Assembly (NCBI GenBank): GCA_039915005.1
Contig: JBDSOE010000172.1
Location: forward strand, 348-64,347
Source of the DNA: Ginsengibacter sp.
Lineage (GTDB): Bacteria > Bacteroidota > Bacteroidia > Chitinophagales > Chitinophagaceae
Reading direction: 5' to 3'
DNA length: 64,000 nt
Part shown: positions 9,318 to 20,223 of the stretch, one piece after another
Position numbering within the stretch: the first letter of the stretch is position 1
Layout of the letters: each line of letters opens with the position of its first letter
Made by a program: the position numbers and the translations under genes
Notes under the pieces: model-generated
Told to the model about the DNA's origin: nothing
Seen by the model: only the letters and a program-made list of their open reading frames with translations
Databases searched by the model: none

Positions 9318-10262
9318 TTATTTTTTCAATCCGATTTCCCGCAAGCGCTCATCAAGATATTCGCCCGCGGTAATATCCTCATTCGCTTTTGGATGGTCTT
9401 TGTCCACACAGCTTTCCAACGCGGCCAAACTCATTGCTGATTTTGGATGAAGAAAAAAAGGAATTGAAAACCGGGATGTGTGCCATAATTCTCGTGGCGG
9501 ATTTACCACACGGTGCGTGGTGCTTTTCAATTTATTATTAGTGAGGCGCTCCAGCATATCTCCCACATTTACCACTATTTGTTCGGGTAAAGGAGTAACG
9601 CCAACCCATTCATTTTTTTTAGTAAGAATTTCCAGGCCACCTGCAGAAGCCCCTACTAATAATGTGATCAGGTTAATGTCTTCATGTTGCTCTGCACGAA
9701 TGGCGCTTTTGGGTTCCTGTGTAATGGGAGGATAGTGAATGGCGCGAACAATCGAATTTCCCTCCTCTACAAAATCATCGAAGTAATATTCATTAAGGCC
9801 CAGGTACAGAGCGATAGCCTGCAACAGCGATTTTCCCGATTTTTCAAAAGCACGGTAAGCTTTAAAAAGGGTTTCGTTAAATCCCGGAATCTCAGCCACA
9901 CTCACATTGTCAGGGTATTCTGGTTTTAGTTTATGATCCGCCGGAACTATTTGCCCATACTGAAAAAATTCTTTCAAATCGGGAGCTTCACTTCCTTTTG
10001 CATGCTCTTTGCCAAAAGACGTGTAACCGCGCTGGCCTGCCAGTTCAGGAATTTCATAGGCTCTTTTTTTTTCGGAAGGAAGCGAAAAGAATTGCTGTAC
10101 GTATTTATACAAATCAGCAATAAGCTCATCTGGGACACCATGATTTTTTACGCCCACAAAACCTACTTCTTCGTATGACTTGCCCAGTTCTTGCACAAAG
10201 GCAGATTTTTGTTCGGCATCTCCTTTAGTAAAATCAGATAAATCAACCACAGGAATTGTCAT
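9318..10262 (-). CDS. Isopenicillin N synthase family 2OG-Fe(II) oxygenase
   Basis: IPVVDLS, HEDINLITLL (HxD), NVGDMLERLTN, STTHRV, RFSIPFF. Likely start MTIPVV. Confidence 0.92.
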   Translation of the reverse strand: MTIPVVDLSDFTKGDAEQKSAFVQELGKSYEEVGFVGVKNHGVPDELIADLYKYVQQFFSLPSEKKRAYEIPELAGQRGYTSFGKEHAKGSEAPDLKEFFQYGQIVPADHKLKPEYPDNVSVAEIPGFNETLFKAYRAFEKSGKSLLQAIALYLGLNEYYFDDFVEEGNSIVRAIHYPPITQEPKSAIRAEQHEDINLITLLVGASAGGLEILTKKNEWVGVTPLPEQIVVNVGDMLERLTNNKLKSTTHRVVNPPRELWHTSRFSIPFFLHPKSAMSLAALESCVDKDHPKANEDITAGEYLDERLREIGLKK

Positions 10263-10301
10263 AGTTTTATGTTTTAAAATTTTAAAAAACACCTGGTAAT
10301 T

Positions 10302-11369
10302 TTGGGAGTGTCAATTTACAAAAGATATTTTTCATACAAAGATATTGTTATCGGTTTTTTAGTTTTTTCTTTTATAGCTCTTTCATCCTGTACGCGCAAA
10401 ATGTATTCTCAATCCATAAATTATACCTTTAAGAGCGAGGACGGAAAACCGGATTATACAAATTTAAATTATTGGGCAGCACACCCTTTTAAACAGGACC
10501 CATCAGATAATGTGCCTCAACAATTGCAAGCCCAGCCAAAGGATTCTCTTGCTGATGTTTTCTTTATTTATCCCACTTCTTATACCGATATGAAACCTAC
10601 CGAAGCGTGGAACGCGTATATAGATGATGAAGCGCTGAATAAAAAAACAGACAATGGTTCCATACTGTACCAGGCCAGCGTGTTTAATAAATATTGCAGG
10701 GTGTTTGCGCCAAGATATCGCCAGGCCAATCTGCGCGCCTTTTTTTCAAAAGATAAGGAGGCGGTAGATGCAGCATTAGACACCGCTTATGCCGATGTAA
10801 AAAAAGCATTTGAATATTATTTACAAAAATATAATCAGGGCCGTCCTGTTATTATTGCATCGCATAGCCAGGGTACTTTACATGCCGGAAAGCTGTTGAA
10901 AGAATTTTTTGAAGGAAAGCCATTGCAAAAGAAATTGGTATGCGCTTACCTCATTGGCCTGCCGGTTTTTTCTAATTATTTTTCTGAACTAAAGCCTTGC
11001 AGGGATTCTACCGCCACCGGTTGTTTTATTAGCTGGCGTACTTTTAAGGAAGGATATACCGCGCCATTTGTAGAAAAAGAAAAACTAAAAGCCTACGTAA
11101 TCAACCCGCTTACGTGGACGATGGACACTTTCTTAGCGCCTGCTTATTTAAACAAAGGCGGCGTACTTCGCAACTTTGATAAAGTGATTCCGGGGCTTGT
11201 ATATGCACAAATTCATGAGAATGTTTTATGGGTAAATAAGCCCCATTTTTTTGGAAGCATTTTTCTTAAAACCAAAAATTATCACATTGCAGATTACAAT
11301 CTTTTTTATGAAAACATAAGAGAGAATGTGGGCACAAGAATAAAAGCTTTTTTGAATAAAAAATATTGA
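10302..11369 (+). CDS. DUF3089 family alpha/beta-hydrolase lipoprotein
   Basis: DVFFIYPT, APRYRQA, ASHSQG nucleophile elbow, YHIADYNLFY. Confidence 0.88.
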   Translation: MGVSIYKRYFSYKDIVIGFLVFSFIALSSCTRKMYSQSINYTFKSEDGKPDYTNLNYWAAHPFKQDPSDNVPQQLQAQPKDSLADVFFIYPTSYTDMKPTEAWNAYIDDEALNKKTDNGSILYQASVFNKYCRVFAPRYRQANLRAFFSKDKEAVDAALDTAYADVKKAFEYYLQKYNQGRPVIIASHSQGTLHAGKLLKEFFEGKPLQKKLVCAYLIGLPVFSNYFSELKPCRDSTATGCFISWRTFKEGYTAPFVEKEKLKAYVINPLTWTMDTFLAPAYLNKGGVLRNFDKVIPGLVYAQIHENVLWVNKPHFFGSIFLKTKNYHIADYNLFYENIRENVGTRIKAFLNKKY

Positions 11370-11381
11370 GCCAAAGCGCGG

Positions 11382-11813
11382 CTAAATTTGTTTCGCGTAA
11401 AATTTTGAAGTAACTATTTTTCTGCAAATCCAAAACCCAATTAAAACTCCTGCAGTATCCGCGGCCCAATCGAGAAGATCGAAACTACGGCCGGGGACAT
11501 AGAACTTTTGAATAAACTCTATTGTAATTCCCCATGTTATGGCTGCTAAAGAGATTCGGATAAAATAGTTTATTTTTTTTTGTAAAGAAAAATGAGCCTT
11601 AAAAAAGGGAAGGCAAAACAAAATCGTTAAGCCACCAAACAAAGTGGCGTGTACTATTTTATCGAAATAGGGTATGTTTAACCATCCTATTTTTGGTACA
11701 TCGCTGCCCGGTATAAGCGTTAAAATATCTACAATAAAAAACCAGGCTATGCCTGGTAAAAACTTTTTAAAAGAAATTTTTTGACCTTCCATTTTATAAT
11801 TTTTATGAAACAA
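11382..11813 (-). CDS. VanZ family membrane protein
   Basis: DKIVHATLF..IEFIQKFYVPGRSFDLLDWAAD. Confidence 0.85.
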   Translation of the reverse strand: MFHKNYKMEGQKISFKKFLPGIAWFFIVDILTLIPGSDVPKIGWLNIPYFDKIVHATLFGGLTILFCLPFFKAHFSLQKKINYFIRISLAAITWGITIEFIQKFYVPGRSFDLLDWAADTAGVLIGFWICRKIVTSKFYAKQI

Positions 11814-12180
11814 GGTTTTGATAGGCTTCGGCAGTCAAAAGCTTGTTCACCTCTTCCATATTATCCACTTTCATTTTCACCATCCACCCATCGCCATATG
11901 GGTCCGTGTTTACTTTTTCAGGCTCACTTTCCAAAAGCGGGTTTACTTCAGTAATGGTGCCTGCCACCGGCAAAAAAAGATCACTTACGGTTTTCACAGC
12001 TTCTACAGTTCCAAAAACAGCATCGGCGGCAAGTGGTTTATCCTTGGCTTCAATTTCCACGTAAACAATATCACCCAGTTCATGTTGTGCGAAATCGGTA
12101 ACGCCAACTGTGGCTACATCGCCTTCAATGGAAATCCATTCGTGGTCCTTGGTATATTTCAGATTTTGTGGAAAATTCAT
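11803..12180 (-). CDS. gcvH: Glycine cleavage system H protein
   Basis: YTKDHEW, VGVTDFAQHELGDIVYV, VEAVKTVSD (lipoyl-Lys), NTDPYGDGW. Confidence 0.97.
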   Translation of the reverse strand: MNFPQNLKYTKDHEWISIEGDVATVGVTDFAQHELGDIVYVEIEAKDKPLAADAVFGTVEAVKTVSDLFLPVAGTITEVNPLLESEPEKVNTDPYGDGWMVKMKVDNMEEVNKLLTAEAYQNLVS

Positions 12181-12294
12181 AATGATTTTTTTAAGTGTTG
12201 AATTGTTATACTGTTATATTTTTGAATTGCTAAATTGTTATATTGTTAACTGTTCTCTTTTTACTGTTTCACATGCAAAATAATATTTTTCTTT

Positions 12295-12984
12295 CTACTT
12301 CTTAAAATGATTTCGTTTTAAGATAGTGATCTTCATTCTTATATCCTGCAATGGCCTGTTATTAGCGTCTTTTGGCGCATTGGCTATTTTGTCTATCACC
12401 TCCAGCCCGCTTTCGACCTCTCCAAAAACAGTATAGCTCATATCAAGAAAAGGTGCCCCGCCAAGGCTACGATAAACGACACGATGATTCTCGGGTATTT
12501 TTATTTTAAAACGGGTTTCTATTTTATCCATTTCATCATCGGTGAAAGTTTTGCCTTCCACAATGTAAAATTGGGTTCCGCTGCTTTCTTTTTTAGGATT
12601 CTCTTCGTCGTTTTCTCTTGCGGCAGCGAGAGCGCCCTTTTTGTGGAAGAATAAAGTATCAAATTCCGCCGGTAGGGTGTATTTCAATCCTCCTTCACCA
12701 AGCAGCGCTCCGGGTTTCGCGTTTTTGCTACCAGGGTCGCCGCCTTGTATCATGAAGTTTTTTATTACCCTGTGAAATAAAAGACTATCGTAAAAATGCT
12801 CCTTCACCAGTTTGATAAAATTGTTCCGGTGTAAAGGAGTTTGGTTGTATAATCTGGCAACCATTGTTCCTGAATCCGTTTCGATTTGTACACGAACGGG
12901 CTCGTTTGCTTTCACGCGGTTTGATTTTGTGGCCGTACATGAAATGAAAAAAATAAAAGCCAACAGGTAAAGTAGATGTTTCAT
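12295..12984 (-). CDS. Cyclophilin-type peptidyl-prolyl isomerase (lipoprotein)
   Basis: FHRVIKNFMIQGGDP, QFYIV, YTVFGEVESGLEVIDKI. Confidence 0.93.
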   Translation of the reverse strand: MKHLLYLLAFIFFISCTATKSNRVKANEPVRVQIETDSGTMVARLYNQTPLHRNNFIKLVKEHFYDSLLFHRVIKNFMIQGGDPGSKNAKPGALLGEGGLKYTLPAEFDTLFFHKKGALAAARENDEENPKKESSGTQFYIVEGKTFTDDEMDKIETRFKIKIPENHRVVYRSLGGAPFLDMSYTVFGEVESGLEVIDKIANAPKDANNRPLQDIRMKITILKRNHFKK

Positions 12985-12997
12985 TTACTTATTGATT

Positions 12998-13351
12998 TTA
13001 AAAGGAATTATCGGTGTTTTCAAAGTAAAGCAATATATGATCTTTCAAAAAGTTTTCCTGCTCAATAATATTATGCTCCGGTAAGGCTTTCAACTGCCTG
13101 AAATGAGGCCAGCCATCCTCATCAAAACTTTCAACTTCATAATATCCGCTTTGCGCCAGCACCGTACACACGGCTACGTGCATGAGATCCTGTTTTTGTT
13201 CTTTGGTAAATTTCTTTTTTAAATTTCTTATCTCCTGTATGCCTGTCAAAAATAAAACAGCCTCTACGTCGGGCTTTTTACCAAATTTTTCTTTGAATTT
13301 TTCCTCAAGTTTCCACCATCTTATTTGTAAGTCGTCTTGTACATTTTGCAT
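12998..13351 (-). CDS. Conserved hypothetical Bacteroidota protein
   Basis: FGKKPDVEAVLFLTG and KEQKQDLMHVAVC..GYYE..DEDGWPH look like a recurrent Bacteroidota family. Confidence 0.75.
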   Translation of the reverse strand: MQNVQDDLQIRWWKLEEKFKEKFGKKPDVEAVLFLTGIQEIRNLKKKFTKEQKQDLMHVAVCTVLAQSGYYEVESFDEDGWPHFRQLKALPEHNIIEQENFLKDHILLYFENTDNSF

Positions 13352-13493
13352 GGGACGAAATTACTTTAAAAATGGATGATAGGTTTATTCATTAAATAAG
13401 GTTGGGTTAATGAGTACTGTGTTTATAAAAAAGCCATTCATCAATTGAACAATACAATTATTCAACATTCCTCTAACCATACTCCTAATTAAA

Positions 13494-13501
13494 TATATTT
13501 G
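13494..13501 (+). promoter_or_regulatory. -7 element (TATATTTG) for serS
   Basis: TAnnTTTG 28 nt upstream of the ATG. Confidence 0.55.
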
Positions 13502-13529
13502 CAATTCATCTTAAGAGAAGAATCCATCT

Positions 13530-14798
13530 ATGTTACAGGTAAATTATTTAAAAGCAAACAGGGAAGAAGTATTACAAAGGTTGGCCGTAAAGAATTTTTC
13601 AGAAAGTTTTTTGGTGGACAATATTATTGCGCATGATGACGAAAGAAAAAAACTTCAGTTTGAACTGGATGAGTTTCAATCGAAGATAAATGCCGCCTCA
13701 AAGGAAATAGGAAAATTAATGGGTGCGGGAAAAAAGGAATTGGCGGAAGAAAAAAAATTGGAAGTGGCAGCATTGAAATCTCTTTTACAACCAGTAAGTG
13801 AGAAGTTGCCCACGATTGAAGAAGCCATTTACAAAGATTTGGTAAAGCTTCCCAACCTTCCACACGCATCTGTTCCCTTGGGAAAAACGCCGGAAGAAAA
13901 TGAAGTGGTAAGAGAAGGCGGGCAGAAACCTGAACTTTTTGAAGGTGCGCTGCCCCATTGGGATTTGGCCAAAAAATATGACCTCATCAATTTTGAATTG
14001 GGCAATAAAGTAACCGGCGCAGGTTTTCCTTTTTATAAAAACCAGGGCGCCAAATTGCAACGCTCATTAATCCAATATTTTTTAGATTTCAACACTGACG
14101 CCGGTTACGAAGAATATGAACCGCCCTTCATGGTGAACGAAGCGAGCGCTTTCGGCACCGGCCAATTGCCCGACAAGGAAGGGCAAATATATCACGCTAC
14201 TGAAGATAATTTTTATCTGATCCCAACGGCGGAAGTGCCGCTTACTAATATTTATCGTGATGAAATAGTAAAAGAAAATGAATTGCCCATCAAGATGACA
14301 GCTTACACGCCCTGCTTTCGCCGCGAAGCGGGAAGCTATGGAAAAGAGGTACGTGGCCTGAACCGGGTTCATCAATTTGATAAAGTAGAGTTGGTACAAT
14401 TGGTGCATCCCGAAAAAAGCTATGAAGTATTGGAAGAAATGCTTTTGCATGTAGAAAAGCTTTTGCAATCTCTTGGGCTTCCTTACCGTATTCTGCGACT
14501 TTGCGGTGGCGATATGAGTTTTACTTCCGCGCTTACTTACGATTTTGAAGTGTATAGCGCCGCGCAGAAGAGATGGCTGGAAGTGAGCTCTGTTAGTAAC
14601 TTTGAGGCTTTTCAGACCAACCGTATGAAGATCCGTTTTAAGTCCGGCGGCAAAACACAATTGGTTCATTCATTGAATGGGTCTTCCCTGGCGCTGCCTA
14701 GAATTGTGGCGGCGTTGCTGGAAAATAATCAGACGGAAAATAACATTCTATTACCTCATGCTTTGCATTCTTATTTTGGAAGAGAAGTGATTCAATAA
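13530..14798 (+). CDS. serS: Serine--tRNA ligase
   Basis: LIPTAEVP, CFRREAGSYG, GLNRVHQFDKVE, EVSSVSN, LNGSSLALPR. Confidence 0.98.
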   Translation: MLQVNYLKANREEVLQRLAVKNFSESFLVDNIIAHDDERKKLQFELDEFQSKINAASKEIGKLMGAGKKELAEEKKLEVAALKSLLQPVSEKLPTIEEAIYKDLVKLPNLPHASVPLGKTPEENEVVREGGQKPELFEGALPHWDLAKKYDLINFELGNKVTGAGFPFYKNQGAKLQRSLIQYFLDFNTDAGYEEYEPPFMVNEASAFGTGQLPDKEGQIYHATEDNFYLIPTAEVPLTNIYRDEIVKENELPIKMTAYTPCFRREAGSYGKEVRGLNRVHQFDKVELVQLVHPEKSYEVLEEMLLHVEKLLQSLGLPYRILRLCGGDMSFTSALTYDFEVYSAAQKRWLEVSSVSNFEAFQTNRMKIRFKSGGKTQLVHSLNGSSLALPRIVAALLENNQTENNILLPHALHSYFGREVIQ

Positions 14799-14941
14799 GT
14801 ATATGCGTGTACTTATTTTTCCTTCGGGGGAGCATTGGGCGAAATTGCTGAAATACGGTTTTTAAACTTTCGTTGTTGCATTTAGTCTATCGTTCATAGC
14901 CGGGAACATAAACTGTTTACAAACCCGTCAATAGATTAAAT

Positions 14942-16375
14942 ATGCCGTTGACTAATCAATTAAAAAACCAGCACCTTCTCTGGCGAGCTGCTTTTGGGCC
15001 TATGGCCGAAAATGTAAATGAGCTTGAGCACGTTTCTCAAAAAGAATTATTTACTCTTTTGCTAAAAACTTCTTCTAAAAGGCCTGACTATATAAATGTA
15101 GCGAACAATGCTTTGGATGGATTGGTGAAAGGAGTGCAGGATCTGGGGAAAATGCAGCAGCTTACACAGGAACAAAAGAAGCAATTGAGGAAACAATCTG
15201 CGAGCGATATTAAAAACCTGAACCTCACCTGGCTTAGCGAAATGATCAACAGCGAAGCACAACTCAGGGGAAAAATGAGCCTCTTCTGGCACGGGCATTT
15301 TGCCTGCAGAGTAGTCAATATATATTTTCAGCAACAGCTTTTGAATGTGATCCGGGAGAATGCGCTGGGCAATTTCGGCGACCTGCTTCGCGAAGTAAGC
15401 AAAAGTCCCGCGATGCTTTCTTTCCTGAATAATCAGCAAAATAACAAGAAACATCCCAATGAAAATTTTGCCCGTGAAGTGATGGAACTCTTTACCATGG
15501 GCCGTGGAAATTACACAGAGGAGGATATAAAAGAAGGAGCGAGAGCCTATACTGGCTGGGGCTTTAATTTGAAAGGGGAATTTGTTAACCGCCCATTTCT
15601 TCATGATACCGGTAAAAAAACGTTCCTCGGTAAAACGGGAAATTTTGACGGCGATGATGCTATTGACATTATCCTGGAGCAGAAAGCAACCGCGAAATTC
15701 ATCACCCAAAAGATTTATAAATACTTTGTAAATGATAAGGTAGATTCTGAAAAAATAAACTGGCTTGCTGAAAGATTTTATCAAAGCAATTACAACCTGC
15801 AAAAATTGATGACTGATATTTTTACGAGTGATTGGTTTTATAACGAAAAAAATATTGGAACCAGAATAAAAAGCCCGGTGGAATTGCTGGCAGGCATTCG
15901 CAGACTGATACCCATGGAGCTTGAGAGACCGGAAGTGCAATTATTATTTCAGCGTACCCTTGGGCAGGTTTTATTTTACCCGCCCAATGTGGCCGGGTGG
16001 CCGGGGGGTAAAAACTGGATAGACAGCAGCGCCTTGATGCTGAGGATGCGCCTTCCCCAAATTCTTACTAATGCAGATGAATTTACTTTGCGACCAAAGG
16101 ACGATGATGATGTAATGATGGGTATGGAGGGAGTGGATAAAAAACCTAATCCAAACCAGTTGCAGGCAACTGTTGACTGGAAGAAAGTGATAAAAGTTTT
16201 TGATAAAACGCCGAAAGAAAATCTGATGAAAAAAGTAAGTGATGTGGTATTGCAGGGCGGAAGCCGTATTGCCCCCACCCTTTTAAACAGGTACATTGAC
16301 AACGCGTCAAAGGATACTTACATTAAAACGGCCATGATAGAGCTGATGAGTACGCCCGAATACCAGTTAAGCTGA
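14942..16375 (+). CDS. DUF1800 family protein
   Basis: LFWHGHFA, PAMLSFLNN, PNENFAREVMELFTMG, PPNVAGWPGG. Confidence 0.92.
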   Translation: MPLTNQLKNQHLLWRAAFGPMAENVNELEHVSQKELFTLLLKTSSKRPDYINVANNALDGLVKGVQDLGKMQQLTQEQKKQLRKQSASDIKNLNLTWLSEMINSEAQLRGKMSLFWHGHFACRVVNIYFQQQLLNVIRENALGNFGDLLREVSKSPAMLSFLNNQQNNKKHPNENFAREVMELFTMGRGNYTEEDIKEGARAYTGWGFNLKGEFVNRPFLHDTGKKTFLGKTGNFDGDDAIDIILEQKATAKFITQKIYKYFVNDKVDSEKINWLAERFYQSNYNLQKLMTDIFTSDWFYNEKNIGTRIKSPVELLAGIRRLIPMELERPEVQLLFQRTLGQVLFYPPNVAGWPGGKNWIDSSALMLRMRLPQILTNADEFTLRPKDDDDVMMGMEGVDKKPNPNQLQATVDWKKVIKVFDKTPKENLMKKVSDVVLQGGSRIAPTLLNRYIDNASKDTYIKTAMIELMSTPEYQLS

Positions 16376-16502
16376 AGAGGAAGGTATGATGAGCGATATT
16401 TTAAACCTATAAAAGTTGCGGGACTGAGTGGTGAAAAGTAAATCTTATAGCGGTCATAGTCTATCTAACGGTGGACGATAAACGAAAATAAAAAAATGTT
16501 TT

Positions 16503-17696
16503 ATGCTTTTTAAACGTAAAGAATTTTTACAGATCGGATCATTAGCTACGGCCTCTTTAATGGTGCCTAAATTTTTGAAAGCCTTTGAAAAGACGGCCAC
16601 GGTACCTCCCGGCAATAAAGTAATGGTGGTGCTCCAATTTAGCGGAGGCAATGATGGATTGAATACCGTTATTCCGTTCAGGAATGATATTTATTATAAA
16701 TCGCGCCCACGGCTTGGCATACAAAAAGATAAGGCGCTTCAGCTTACGGATGAGGCAGGACTTAATCCGGCGCTTGTTTTTTTTAAAGAGCTTTTTGATG
16801 AAGGTGCTCTCGGAATTATGAATAATGTGGGATATCCCAATCCCGACCGCTCGCATTTCAGAAGCATGGATATCTGGCAAAGTGCAAGCGATAGTAATGA
16901 ATACGTTTCCACCGGGTGGCTTGGTCGCTACCTGGATGCGCAATGCAGCGGCTGCGATAAACCCACTCAGGCGCTTGAAGTGGATGATGTGCTAAGCCTC
17001 GCACTAAAAGGAGAAAACAAAAAAGGGCTTGCATTAAAAGATCCTAAAAAGTTGTTCAACACAAGCAATGAACGATATTTTAGAGAAATAAACGCCTCTC
17101 ACGAACAGGGCGAAGCGGCGGCAGATTATCTTTACAAAACGCTGAGCGAAACATTAAGCAGCGCGGATTATATTTATCAGCAAAGCCGGCGGCATCTTTC
17201 TTCGCAAACCTACCCCGTTACTGAATTGGGAAAGAATTTAAAAACGATTTCTTCGCTTATTATGAGCGACATCAATACTAAAGTTTATTACGTTAGCCTG
17301 GGCAGTTTTGATACACACATAAATCAGGAAAGTCAGCAGAAAAGATTGTTTACCGAATTGAACGATGCGGTAAGTGCTTTTGTAAAAGATTTGAAAAGTA
17401 ACAACCGTTTCCAGGATGTAACCATAATGACCTTCAGTGAATTTGGAAGAAGGGTAGCGCAAAATGCAAGCGGCGGTACCGACCATGGCACGGCTAATAA
17501 TATGTTTTTTATTGGTGGAGGATTAAGGCAAAAAGGAATACTGAATGCCATGCCGGATTTAAACGATTTGAACCAGGGCGATTTAAAACATACCGTTGAT
17601 TTTAAAAGCGTGTATGCCACTATGCTCAATAAATGGCTGGGTGCAGATGATGAAAAAATATTGGGGAAGAAGTATGAGATTATGGATTTTGTGTAG
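16503..17696 (+). CDS. DUF1501 family protein
   Basis: GGNDGLNT, PDRSHFRS, FDTH, SEFGRR, GTDHG; standard partner of DUF1800. Confidence 0.92.
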   Translation: MLFKRKEFLQIGSLATASLMVPKFLKAFEKTATVPPGNKVMVVLQFSGGNDGLNTVIPFRNDIYYKSRPRLGIQKDKALQLTDEAGLNPALVFFKELFDEGALGIMNNVGYPNPDRSHFRSMDIWQSASDSNEYVSTGWLGRYLDAQCSGCDKPTQALEVDDVLSLALKGENKKGLALKDPKKLFNTSNERYFREINASHEQGEAAADYLYKTLSETLSSADYIYQQSRRHLSSQTYPVTELGKNLKTISSLIMSDINTKVYYVSLGSFDTHINQESQQKRLFTELNDAVSAFVKDLKSNNRFQDVTIMTFSEFGRRVAQNASGGTDHGTANNMFFIGGGLRQKGILNAMPDLNDLNQGDLKHTVDFKSVYATMLNKWLGADDEKILGKKYEIMDFV

Positions 17697-18118
17697 AAAT
17701 CTTTAGGAATTGAGAAGGCGTAAGGACAGGCAATTGAGAAACAAACTTTTTGAAATCTTTGATATTTCTTGTAATAAAATAATCAATGCTTTCAGTTTTG
17801 GCTGCAGTGTAATATTGAATAGCATCTTCTACATCAGTAAATTTAGATTTGTAGGCTTTTTTAATAATGTTTATGTCTGCTTCTATGATAAGAAATAATT
17901 CAAAAAGTAATTTATTGCCCACCTGCACTCATCCTTTCCAATCTGTTTTTGACCCACATATTGTGCATTGATTATTATTGAAGTTGAGGTAAATTAAATA
18001 ATAACACATCTTCATTTTCAAATTTTTTAAATATAGCTGAACTATCTTCGAAAAATTCTTTACGATCAAGCAAAATATCCAGTATTATATCTATATCGAT
18101 AAATAAATTACTTGTCAT
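17680..18118 (-). pseudogene. PIN-domain (VapC-like) toxin with two frameshifts
   Basis: N-terminus LFIDIDIILDILLDR and C-terminus FTDVEDAIQYY..ITRNIKDF are in different frames, bridged by a third-frame segment TSTSIIINAQYVGQKQIGKDECRWAIN. An ATTTA tandem duplication and a 1-nt loss explain the shifts. Confidence 0.85.
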
Positions 18119-18350
18119 ATTTTCTGAGTAAGTACATTGTCTTTGTTTCTTTCCAATCAAAATTCTTAGGCGCTTTTCCAAATGCCCCTTTTAACTTCAT
18201 GATGTCCAATTTCTCATGTTCATTTTTTGAAGTGATTTTGTCAATATGCTTTTCAACAATTTTAGAAATGCTGATACCTTTTTCTTTGGAGTATCGTTTT
18301 ATCCTTTTTACTTTTTCATCGTCTAGGCTTAGAGTGAGTTTAGTGGTCAT
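18108..18350 (-). CDS. DUF6364 family antitoxin (ribbon-helix-helix-like)
   Basis: MTTKLTLSLD..KRYSKEKGISISKIVE; overlaps the PIN start. Confidence 0.85.
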   Translation of the reverse strand: MTTKLTLSLDDEKVKRIKRYSKEKGISISKIVEKHIDKITSKNEHEKLDIMKLKGAFGKAPKNFDWKETKTMYLLRKYDK

Positions 18351-18502
18351 AAAAAACTTTTCTTAAAGACACGTATAAAATGTAAAGTTCACGTACAAAA
18401 TGGGTGCAAATAATAAGGCAGTATATTCTTTAGCAAAGTTGAAAATACTTCTTCAACATTGCTTAAAGAGATGATTGTTTTCTGTTACAAAGTGAGATAA
18501 GA

Positions 18503-19942
18503 TTAAAACTCTGCATTTTTCGGAAACCTCGGAAAAGGAATTACGTCTCTTATATTTGTCATGCCGGTTACAAAGAGAATTAAACGCTCAAAGCCAAGCC
18601 CAAAGCCAGCATGAGGAACGCTCCCGAATCTTCTTGAGTCTAAATACCAATACATTTCCTCTGCAGGAATGTTCATTTCTTTCATTCTTTTTTCCAGCAC
18701 TTCCAATCTTTCCTCACGTTGTGAGCCACCCACTATTTCGCCAATCCCCGGTGCTAAAATATCCATGGCCGCCACCGTTTTTCCATCTTCATTCTGGCGC
18801 ATGTAGAAGGCTTTGATTTCTTTGGGATAGTCAATAAGGATCACCGGTTTTTTAAAATGCTTTTCTACCAGGTAACGTTCATGTTCACTTTGCAGGTCAA
18901 TTCCCCATTCAGTAACGAGGTATTGGAATTTTTTCTTTTTGTTAGGTGTTGAATTTTTTAATATCTCAATGGCCTCTGTATAAGTGAGTCTCTCAAAATC
19001 GTTATTGACTACAAACTCCAGTTTTTCAATCAACCCCATTTCACTTCTCTCCTGTTGTGGCTTTTGTTTCTCTTCTTCTATAAGGCGCGCCGCGAGAAAT
19101 TCAAGATCTTCACGATTATTATCCAACGCGTATTTAATAATGTATTTGATGAACGCTTCAGCGAGATTCATATCATCTTCCAGATCCGAAAAGGCCATTT
19201 CTGGTTCAATCATCCAAAACTCAGCGAGATGCCTTGCGGTGTTAGAATTTTCTGCGCGGAAAGTGGGTCCGAAAGTATAAACATCGCCCAAAGCCAGGGC
19301 AGCCAACTCGGCCTCAAGCTGGCCGCTTACGGTTAAATTGGTAGCCTTTCCAAAAAAATCTTCTTTAAAATTAATAGAACCATCTTCATTTTTGGGTGGA
19401 TTTTCCAAATCAAATGCGGTTACGTGGAAAGTTTCACCAGCCCCTTCTGCATCTGAAGCGGTTATAATGGGCGAATGCAAATACACAAAACCTTTATCAT
19501 GAAAAAACTGGTGAATAGCAAAAGCAAGAGAGTGTCTTACCCTGAATATAGCGCCAAAAGTGCTGGTGCGAAAGCGGAGATGTGCAATGTCACGCAGAAA
19601 TTCCAGGCTATGCTTTTTAGGTTGCAGGGGAAATTTGTCCGCATCGCTATCACCCAATATTTCAATAGAATCAGCTTTCAATTCCAGCTTCTGGCCTTTG
19701 CCCAAAGAAGGAACGATCTTTCCGGAAATTTTTAATGCCGACCCAGTCGTAATTCTTTTCAAAATAGCCTCGTCAAATTTACCAAGCTCCGCTACTATTT
19801 GCAGATTTGTGTTGGTGCTACCGTCGTTTAAAGCGATGAACTGATGATTTCTGAAAGTGCGAACCCAACCCATAACGATTACCCCTTCATTACTTACCTC
19901 GCTCTTTAAAATTTCTTTTATGCGCGTCCTTTTGTTAAACAT
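18503..19942 (-). CDS. asnS: Asparagine--tRNA ligase
   Basis: GWVRTFR OB fold, [40 protein letters not shown]. Confidence 0.98.
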   Translation of the reverse strand: MFNKRTRIKEILKSEVSNEGVIVMGWVRTFRNHQFIALNDGSTNTNLQIVAELGKFDEAILKRITTGSALKISGKIVPSLGKGQKLELKADSIEILGDSDADKFPLQPKKHSLEFLRDIAHLRFRTSTFGAIFRVRHSLAFAIHQFFHDKGFVYLHSPIITASDAEGAGETFHVTAFDLENPPKNEDGSINFKEDFFGKATNLTVSGQLEAELAALALGDVYTFGPTFRAENSNTARHLAEFWMIEPEMAFSDLEDDMNLAEAFIKYIIKYALDNNREDLEFLAARLIEEEKQKPQQERSEMGLIEKLEFVVNNDFERLTYTEAIEILKNSTPNKKKKFQYLVTEWGIDLQSEHERYLVEKHFKKPVILIDYPKEIKAFYMRQNEDGKTVAAMDILAPGIGEIVGGSQREERLEVLEKRMKEMNIPAEEMYWYLDSRRFGSVPHAGFGLGFERLILFVTGMTNIRDVIPFPRFPKNAEF

Positions 19943-20223
19943 TTCTTTTTTTTAGAAATGCAAATATAAGTAAGCAGGTAAAATTTTTGGTCTAATCCTT
20001 GATTTAAAAGGATTGTAAGGAAAGGAATCCGAAAACTTTAAAAAATATTTTTGAAGAAAAATATTTCGGGTTTTATAAATTTGATGTAATATTGCAGCAA
20101 GAACACTGACTGGTTTTTCATTTGCTATCCCATCAGTATAAAAGATCCATTCCACAATAAATATCAAACTTTAGATTTTACAACTTCAATTGAGTTTTTT
20201 GACTAATAACGATACATCTCTTT

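Noticed and set aside
15062-15940. 292-aa antisense ORF (also 14082-14669, 7616-8065, 24435-24965, 61322-61810)
   Set aside because: Shadows of well-supported genes on the opposite strand, with no recognisable motifs.
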